This document shows, piece by piece, positions 57,803 through 64,000 of a stretch of DNA of 64,000 nucleotides (its first letter is position 1; each line of letters begins with the position of its first letter). The notes under the pieces are model-generated. The model was given only the letters and a program-made list of their open reading frames with translations, had not been told where the DNA came from and did not search any database. Where the stretch lies: the IMG/VR virus record IMGVR_UViG_3300048694_001252, positions 32,001 to 96,000 of that record, one strand, 5' to 3'. A program made the translations under genes and the position numbers. Origin of the DNA: a virus.

Positions 57803-58815
57803 AGGGTCTGATAGATTTGTAATAGCAGTTTGGGATCGTAGAATTCGCTTTCGATGTGCGAGATCTGATCGGTCACGATCTGATCCACACTTTCAAAACG
57901 CACCTGACCCGGAGCCATGTCTTCTTCCAGGGCCGCACGTTTGTTGGGTATCAGGGCCATCTCGCGCAGGCGATACTGATCCACAAAGGTCTCGCGTATG
58001 AAGTTGGCTTCTTCGTAGCTGATTTCGATGTCCAATTGAACCCTCACATGCATGTTGGGCTTTAGGATATCAGCGGCATGATCGATCACGTGCGAGAGAT
58101 TCCATACGTTGTATAGAGGCTGATCGGTCCAGGCATGATATTCAGGTTCGCCGCCCCATTCCAAGATCATGCAGCCGCGCTGACTGTCACCGGCATCAGC
58201 ATAGTTGTGCGGAAACGCATTGCCGATATAGTGTATGTTGCCGTGATTTTGCCTGAGATGGAAGTGTCCCGAGAACACCCGATCAAAGTTGGCAAAGTGC
58301 TCGCGCTTGATTTCACCGGTATCGGGCATTTCTACCATGGCATTCATTTTGAAGTGCGGCAGTTCAAAGTGTCCGAACATGTAGCGAGCCTGCATCCGGG
58401 AGATCTGTTTGTGATCGTCACCTACCAGCCAAGGCGCTATGATCACATCGCCGCTTTCAAACCAGTCGTTGCAGATGTGTATGTTGGGTATATGTCGGGC
58501 CCACTCGGTGCTGTAGATGTCGCGCCGATCACGATAGTAGAGATCGTGATTGCCCGGTATGAAATACACCTGGTCAAAGGCCGCGCCGAGTCGTTCCAGG
58601 GCCCGCAGGCTGTATTGCAGAGTCATCATGTTGATACTGGCTCTGTGATGACTCCAGTCGCCCAAGAACATGGCAGTTTCGCAACCTTCGCGCCGGGCCA
58701 GATCTATGAACCAATCCACGAACTGCTCGCAGTCCTGATTGTGAATCAAACTGTTTGATTTGAGTCCAAAGTGTATGTCCGTGAATACCGCGGCCTTGCG
58801 AAATAAATTTGCCAT
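57799..58815 (-). CDS. gp47: Recombination endonuclease nuclease subunit (gp47/SbcD/Mre11-like)
   Basis: DIHFG, LGD, GNHD, GHFE, SGHFH. Confidence 0.93.
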   Translation of the reverse strand: MANLFRKAAVFTDIHFGLKSNSLIHNQDCEQFVDWFIDLARREGCETAMFLGDWSHHRASINMMTLQYSLRALERLGAAFDQVYFIPGNHDLYYRDRRDIYSTEWARHIPNIHICNDWFESGDVIIAPWLVGDDHKQISRMQARYMFGHFELPHFKMNAMVEMPDTGEIKREHFANFDRVFSGHFHLRQNHGNIHYIGNAFPHNYADAGDSQRGCMILEWGGEPEYHAWTDQPLYNVWNLSHVIDHAADILKPNMHVRVQLDIEISYEEANFIRETFVDQYRLREMALIPNKRAALEEDMAPGQVRFESVDQIVTDQISHIESEFYDPKLLLQIYQTL

Positions 58816-58827
58816 GGCTCTAGTTTA

Positions 58828-59724
58828 CTATTCTTCCGAAACAGTTGCAACCCCAGATGGCTTGGTTTGACTATATTGACGCGTCCATGAGGGATTGAGA
58901 CCGTTGATTTCGAGTATGTCGTCGCGTATGTTCTGCATCTTCTTTTCAATATTGAGTATGCGAGTAAACGAGTTCGTGATGGCCGCAGTGTAGTAGGCAA
59001 AGGGATTGGAGCTCTTGCTCTCATCAAATTGCAGGCCGATCTGGCTGAGTTGCAGCAGAGCCTGTCCGCGCATTTCTTCGTTGTAGGTGTATCCGCGCCA
59101 GTTGCTTCGGGTGGCATAGCGTTCGCACAGCTTCATGAACATCAGGGCCAGCTTGCGAGTCATGGCGCCATGTTCTCGGAAAAAGGTACCGCTGTCAAGA
59201 TCACCCTGCCAGTGGCTTTTGCCCACTACGTAGGGTATACGATGTTCGTTGATGCGATAGTGGAAAAAGGGCGGGAAATTTACTCGTATGTGCGTGGGAT
59301 CTTGAAGACCGTTTTCGATCGCGGCCGTGCGATCGACCAAATCCTCGGCAGTCTCTTCCACATCGTCGAGATCCAGGATGTCTTCCAGGCGACGTTTTTT
59401 GGCCTGAGATTTGGGTATTTTTTTGGGAGCAAGTGGTATATGTTCCCAGGTCATGACACGGAATACCAGATCAGTATTGGGTATTTTCTTTTCGTTTACT
59501 TCTTGACCGGTTTCGCGACTGAGTCGATCTGCGCGATTGCGCCGAGCTTCGGCTATGGTTCGTAGATTGATACGTGCTAGACTGGGCAGTATGATATCGT
59601 ATTGATGATCCAGTACAGGATCGCGGAACACACAGTAGGTGTTCTTGCTGAGATGTATTTCTTTCAGGATGTCGCGATTGTTCAGATAGTTTACTCTTGC
59701 GGGGGTCCGTGTTTCAGTAGGCAT
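58828..59724 (-). CDS. gp55: Late transcription sigma factor (gp55-like)
   Basis: YLNN.DIL, NWRGYTYNEEM, FDESKSSNPFAYYT...NSF.R...EKK. Confidence 0.88.
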   Translation of the reverse strand: MPTETRTPARVNYLNNRDILKEIHLSKNTYCVFRDPVLDHQYDIILPSLARINLRTIAEARRNRADRLSRETGQEVNEKKIPNTDLVFRVMTWEHIPLAPKKIPKSQAKKRRLEDILDLDDVEETAEDLVDRTAAIENGLQDPTHIRVNFPPFFHYRINEHRIPYVVGKSHWQGDLDSGTFFREHGAMTRKLALMFMKLCERYATRSNWRGYTYNEEMRGQALLQLSQIGLQFDESKSSNPFAYYTAAITNSFTRILNIEKKMQNIRDDILEINGLNPSWTRQYSQTKPSGVATVSEE

Positions 59725-59745
59725 TACCTCATTCTCCAGGGTGAG

Positions 59746-59778
59746 TATTTATTGTAGCATTTTTTACCAGTCTGTCAA
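59746..59778 (-). promoter_or_regulatory. sigma70 promoter fused to a late TAAATA promoter upstream of gp55
   Basis: TTGACA-16 nt-(TGC)TACAAT, whose last T begins TAAATA. Confidence 0.7.
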
Positions 59779-59835
59779 CCTGTTTCTAATACTAAGCTGT
59801 TATTTTTATTGGTAAATATGCGATAGGAACCCAAC

Positions 59836-61692
59836 ATGGCCGGCATAAAATTACCCCCAAATGTGACCCTGGACTCAAACACTGGTCTTTACATCATACG
59901 CAACCCGCAAGGGCAGACCATCAGAGTAGGTGCTGATACCCAGGCTCAACTGGATCAATATGTAAATTCAGTCAATACCGGTGTACCCACATCGATCACA
60001 GTCACCGATCCCAACACCGGAAATCCGCGTACCAGCAATTTTGATCCCACGGCGATCATACAACAAAGTAACGAAATAGCAGCGCAGAACGCCTTGTTGA
60101 CCACGACCAAACGCCAGACTGGGCTGTTGGGCAACACCGATGGTACGTACACTGATTTCCGGACCGGGCAAACACTGACCCAAGCCGAAGCAGCGGCCAA
60201 GATACAGGCCGCCGGGTTACCGCCCGAAGCTCTAGTCGCGATCACCCCTAAAAATGCTCCCACATACGCAGCGGCCCAGGCAGCAGTGAACGATACCACC
60301 AATACCCCCAGCAATCGCACCGGGGTCAACGCCGAACAGCCGTCGCAATCACCCGCGGCCACCAATACGAATATCGCTCCCACAGCACCGGCTGCTCCGG
60401 CAGTGGAAGCACAGCAACCGGCTGCTCCGGCTGCGGATACAGTTCCCGCGGCAGCAACGGCTCCGCAACCAGAAGCTGCGGCAGCAACCCCAGTGACTCC
60501 ATCGGAATTGGCTGACCCCACGGTCAACAACGCGCCTCCACAGCCCGACGCTACAGCAGCAACACCGGTTTTCTACAATGATGAGTTACCGCCAAACAGT
60601 ACACAGACAGCAGAGAATTTGATACAGAACACAGCGCCAGCTCCGGTTTTCTACAATGATGAGTTACCGCCAAACAGTACACAGACAGCACAGGATTTGA
60701 TACAGAACACAGCGCCGGCGCCGGTGCCGCCCAGTGGATTGCCCTATCGTAACGATTTTACCGGTAGTTATGTTGGTCAAAACGGTGAAGTACCTCCGAT
60801 AATCGGTGACTTTAATCCCGAAGCCAGTCTCGAGCAAGCCATCAAGTCCGCGGCTCAAGATCAAAGCACACTGCAACAAAGGTATGGGCAAACTACCAAT
60901 AGCGGTGATTGGCGTGTGCGTATACGTCTGGCGACTGGTGCCAATTATCTATATAAAGACAACAGCAACGATCTTATGGCTCCACTAAGAACTAGTGATG
61001 GTGTGATTTTCCCCTACGTTCCCACAGTAAACACCAACTATGTGGCCGACTATGATGCCAAGGCTCTCACACACAGCAACTATCGTGGTCTCTTTTACAA
61101 AAGTAGCTATGTGAATGACATTGGGATCACGGGCACCTTTACGGCCCAGAACACACCCGAGGCCAAGTATCTCTTGGCCGTGATACATTTTTTCCGATCA
61201 GCTACCAAGATGTTTTATGGACAGGATGCACAGCGTGGAGCACCACCGCCCGTGGTATATCTTTCGGGTTTTGGTCAATATCAATTCAATAATCACCCCT
61301 GTGTGATCGCTAACTTCCAATATCAGCTGCCTAATAGTGTGGATTATATTCGAATTGATCCCAACAACCAAGGGCAGAATCTCGTGGTAAATCGTAGCCA
61401 GGTTTCCAGTTCACCCAGCCCAATCAGCAGCGTACTGTCTCGATTGGAGTCTTTGAAAAATATCATAACCGGTACCACGGTGCAGGCAGGTGCACAAGGT
61501 TCGGGTAATCAGGCCCAGGATCTGGGTGCTGTGTCAGGTACTGTGAGTGGGACTGCACAAACCACCTATGTGCCCACTCGCATGGATATCACAGTAACAC
61601 TGAGACCCATACAAACACGCAGTCAGATCAGTCAACAGTTCAGTCTCAAAGATTTTGCCAATGGTAGCCTGCTCAAACAAGGATTCTGGTAA
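59836..61692 (+). CDS. Baseplate/tail tube initiator-like protein with Pro/Ala-rich N-terminal extension
   Basis: GVIFPYVP, HSNY, FTAQN..EA.YLLAVIHFFRSATKMFYG, PPPVVYLSGFG; late TAAATA at 59813-59818. Confidence 0.6.
   Translation: MAGIKLPPNVTLDSNTGLYIIRNPQGQTIRVGADTQAQLDQYVNSVNTGVPTSITVTDPNTGNPRTSNFDPTAIIQQSNEIAAQNALLTTTKRQTGLLGNTDGTYTDFRTGQTLTQAEAAAKIQAAGLPPEALVAITPKNAPTYAAAQAAVNDTTNTPSNRTGVNAEQPSQSPAATNTNIAPTAPAAPAVEAQQPAAPAADTVPAAATAPQPEAAAATPVTPSELADPTVNNAPPQPDATAATPVFYNDELPPNSTQTAENLIQNTAPAPVFYNDELPPNSTQTAQDLIQNTAPAPVPPSGLPYRNDFTGSYVGQNGEVPPIIGDFNPEASLEQAIKSAAQDQSTLQQRYGQTTNSGDWRVRIRLATGANYLYKDNSNDLMAPLRTSDGVIFPYVPTVNTNYVADYDAKALTHSNYRGLFYKSSYVNDIGITGTFTAQNTPEAKYLLAVIHFFRSATKMFYGQDAQRGAPPPVVYLSGFGQYQFNNHPCVIANFQYQLPNSVDYIRIDPNNQGQNLVVNRSQVSSSPSPISSVLSRLESLKNIITGTTVQAGAQGSGNQAQDLGAVSGTVSGTAQTTYVPTRMDITVTLRPIQTRSQISQQFSLKDFANGSLLKQGFW
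60565..60720 (+). repeat. 78-bp tandem duplication (26 aa, PVFYNDELPPNSTQTA...)
   Basis: Two near-identical copies starting at 60565 and 60643. Confidence 0.9.
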
Positions 61693-61991
61693 TGGCCACT
61701 TACGATAGCACCAGTCCCTATTTCACCACGCCCTATAGTCAGTTCTTCTTGGACGTCATGAATAATCGCCCTATACCCAAAGAGAGTGATGATGTATTGA
61801 CCACGATTTCACTGACCTATCAGTATCGACCGGATCTTATGAGTTTTGACCTGTATGGCACACCCACACTGTGGTGGGTATTTTATCAGCGTAACCCCAA
61901 TACCTTGACAGCCCCGCCCTGGGATTTCGTGGCCGGCACCAGGATCTACTTGCCCAAGCAAAGTACCTTGAAATCCACGCTGGGATACTGA
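61692..61991 (+). CDS. LysM-like baseplate wedge protein (gp53-like)
   Basis: YRPDLMSFDLYGTPTLWWVF..RN....G..IYLP. Confidence 0.75.
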   Translation: MATYDSTSPYFTTPYSQFFLDVMNNRPIPKESDDVLTTISLTYQYRPDLMSFDLYGTPTLWWVFYQRNPNTLTAPPWDFVAGTRIYLPKQSTLKSTLGY

Positions 61992-61993
61992 GC

Positions 61994-64000
61994 ATGGCCG
62001 ATCAACCAGTTGCCCCAATCACTGCCGACACCGCATCTGGTGCCACTACTGGAACCGACGCGCCGGTACGACCCCTGGATCAGACTCAAGCACCTGCCTA
62101 TACTCCAGCTCGTCGTACCGGTAGACTGATTGGATTTGAATCCAATCGCGGTGGCGCGGCTGTGGGAGAGATTAGAGCACCGGTAGAACCTGTGGCACCA
62201 GTTGCGCCCGGTGCAGGTGCCACTGATGATAATCCACAACCCGATCAAGTGGATCTCACTGGGGCACGTAGCTATCAAGACCTAGTCACAGAGTGGAGCG
62301 TGAAACCGCAGCCCAACATCCTGGATCGATATCCCAGCTATACCTGGCAAGCATCGGTCTACATGATGAGCCCCGAACAGGCCAATGCCTATATCAAGAA
62401 TCCCCGCAAACGACCCAATGGTTACAATCTCCTGTTCCAGAGTGGTGGTGCGGCCCGGGGACGCGGCGCACCACGCGGCGCCAGTGCCGGCACCGAGCAA
62501 GAACTGTTTCAAGATACCGATAATCGCAATCCCTTCTTCAGCAACGATTTCTATATCGATGAGATCACGTTCAAGACACTGGCTCCCGGTAAAGGCTCTC
62601 AAACAGTCCACAGTGATGCCGAACTCAAATTCAGTGTGATTGAACCTGGTAATATCAGTCTCATTAGTAGATTGGCCGATGCTGCGCGTGACTTGTCGCC
62701 CACGCTCGATGGCAAAACCAACTATGCCTCGGCATCATATCTCATGATCATTACCTTTTGGGCCCAGGATCAAGACGGTAACATGGTACAGGTAGGCGAG
62801 CGATCATCCACCAATCCCGAAGGGGCCTTGGTAGAAAAATACCTGCCCTTTACCATACAAAAAATATCCTATACCATCGGCAGCGGCCTGGTCAAATACG
62901 AATGGGCATGTGCCGTGACCGGCTTGTGGGAGGGAACCACCACACGCTGGAATACCATACGAAACACTGTGGAGTTACGCGGTGCCACTGTGGATGAAAT
63001 GCTCAATGGTGCCAATCCCGCTACGATACAAGAACAGCAAGCGGCAGCCGACACGGCTACTACCACTACAACCGCGACCCCAACTGCTCCGCCTCGTCGC
63101 ACTGGTAGACTGATTGGATTTGAATCCAACCGTGGTGGTGCGGCTGTGGGTCAGATACGCGCATCCACGCTACCCCCACCCAAAAGCAACGTTTCCCAGA
63201 GTGCTCTTGGACTCATGGACTATCTCAATGCACAGGAAAAGCAGGATGTGCGCAACGGTTTGAAAAACATAGCCAATGAATATGTGCTGGAATACACACC
63301 CGAAGCAGAAGCTCTGATCAAATCAGCCCAATTACGCAAGGTCGGCGAAACAGTAAACAAAGCGGCCACGTCCATGGAACAGGCCAAGTCGCAGGACCCC
63401 CAATCGGCCAATCCTGACAAAGGTGGGCAGAGCATAAACACTCGCCTATTGTCAATAGCAGGCGGCGCTCAAGTGGTCAAGATCATGGAGATGGTGATTC
63501 GTGGTAGCACCTATATCACAGATCAAGCCAATGTGGAATTTGATGAGGAAAATAATCTACCGGTACCCAATAAAAAAATACCCAGCAAACAGAATCCCGG
63601 ATTCAAGTGGTTCAGTATCATGCCTCGAGCTGAAAAATTGGGATTTGATGACAAAATTAGAGATTATGCTCGTCGCATAACTTATACCATCAGCACATTC
63701 AATGTGGCTCTCATGATGAGCCCTTATTTTTCCAAAGGTATATTTCCGGGACTACACAAACGCTATCCCTATTGGTTCACTGGTCAGAACATCGCAGTCT
63801 TGGACTATAAAGAAACTTTCAACTATTCCTATTTGATAACCAATAGTGGTAGTCCCGATAGTAAAAGTGTCAAAGCTACCACCGATGAAAATATGACTAC
63901 TAGCATGGTAGTCATACCCTACGTAGCGATAGCAGCACGATCCAGCGAAAGTGGCCAAGGCGCTCAAAATCGCGCCAACGATATAGCAGCCAACGCAGCC
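61994..64000 (+). CDS. Large baseplate/hub-associated protein, 3' end beyond window
   Basis: Hand translation from ATG 61994 gives MADQPVAP..., PNILDRYPSYTW, DFYIDEITF, F.VIEP; no stop seen; follows the gp53-like gene. Confidence 0.65.
   Translation, partial: MADQPVAPITADTASGATTGTDAPVRPLDQTQAPAYTPARRTGRLIGFESNRGGAAVGEIRAPVEPVAPVAPGAGATDDNPQPDQVDLTGARSYQDLVTEWSVKPQPNILDRYPSYTWQASVYMMSPEQANAYIKNPRKRPNGYNLLFQSGGAARGRGAPRGASAGTEQELFQDTDNRNPFFSNDFYIDEITFKTLAPGKGSQTVHSDAELKFSVIEPGNISLISRLADAARDLSPTLDGKTNYASASYLMIITFWAQDQDGNMVQVGERSSTNPEGALVEKYLPFTIQKISYTIGSGLVKYEWACAVTGLWEGTTTRWNTIRNTVELRGATVDEMLNGANPATIQEQQAAADTATTTTTATPTAPPRRTGRLIGFESNRGGAAVGQIRASTLPPPKSNVSQSALGLMDYLNAQEKQDVRNGLKNIANEYVLEYTPEAEALIKSAQLRKVGETVNKAATSMEQAKSQDPQSANPDKGGQSINTRLLSIAGGAQVVKIMEMVIRGSTYITDQANVEFDEENNLPVPNKKIPSKQNPGFKWFSIMPRAEKLGFDDKIRDYARRITYTISTFNVALMMSPYFSKGIFPGLHKRYPYWFTGQNIAVLDYKETFNYSYLITNSGSPDSKSVKATTDENMTTSMVVIPYVAIAARSSESGQGAQNRANDIAANAA

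Noticed and set aside
1-64000. Genome-wide TAG recoding
   Set aside because: All long conserved genes are intact in the standard code and about ten end at TAG at plausible C-termini; only one internal TAG was found.

Overview
This window is part of a large T4-like (myovirus) phage genome of roughly 50-55% GC, mainly the virion morphogenesis region. It holds tail sheath, neck gp13/gp14, gp15, several large fibre genes (two with long Gly-X-Y collagen tracts), major capsid gp23, scaffold gp22, protease gp21, portal gp20, a tape-measure/lysozyme gene, gp26/gp51-like baseplate hub genes, gp46/gp47 and late sigma gp55, plus an accessory set of TPR, methyltransferase, glycosyltransferase-like and radical SAM genes. 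Two regions stand out. (1) A cassette at 33145-33869 is bounded by 17-bp direct repeats 708 bp apart. It carries a sigma70-type promoter, an amber-suppressor tRNA (anticodon CUA) and, 18 nt downstream, a gene with a strong SD whose third codon is an in-frame TAG. The rest of the genome uses TAG as a normal stop. (2) A ~420-nt, helix-rich, apparently pseudoknotted non-coding stretch (52421-52840, minus strand) starts at the stop codon of a catalytic-domain-only GIY-YIG gene, suggesting a possible RNA-associated nuclease. Also noted: a probable -1 frameshift joining the gp26-like and gp51-like genes, many leaderless genes behind sigma70 and TAAATA late promoters, and a structured leader RNA. All calls come from reading the sequence and recognising motifs; no database search or folding program was run.
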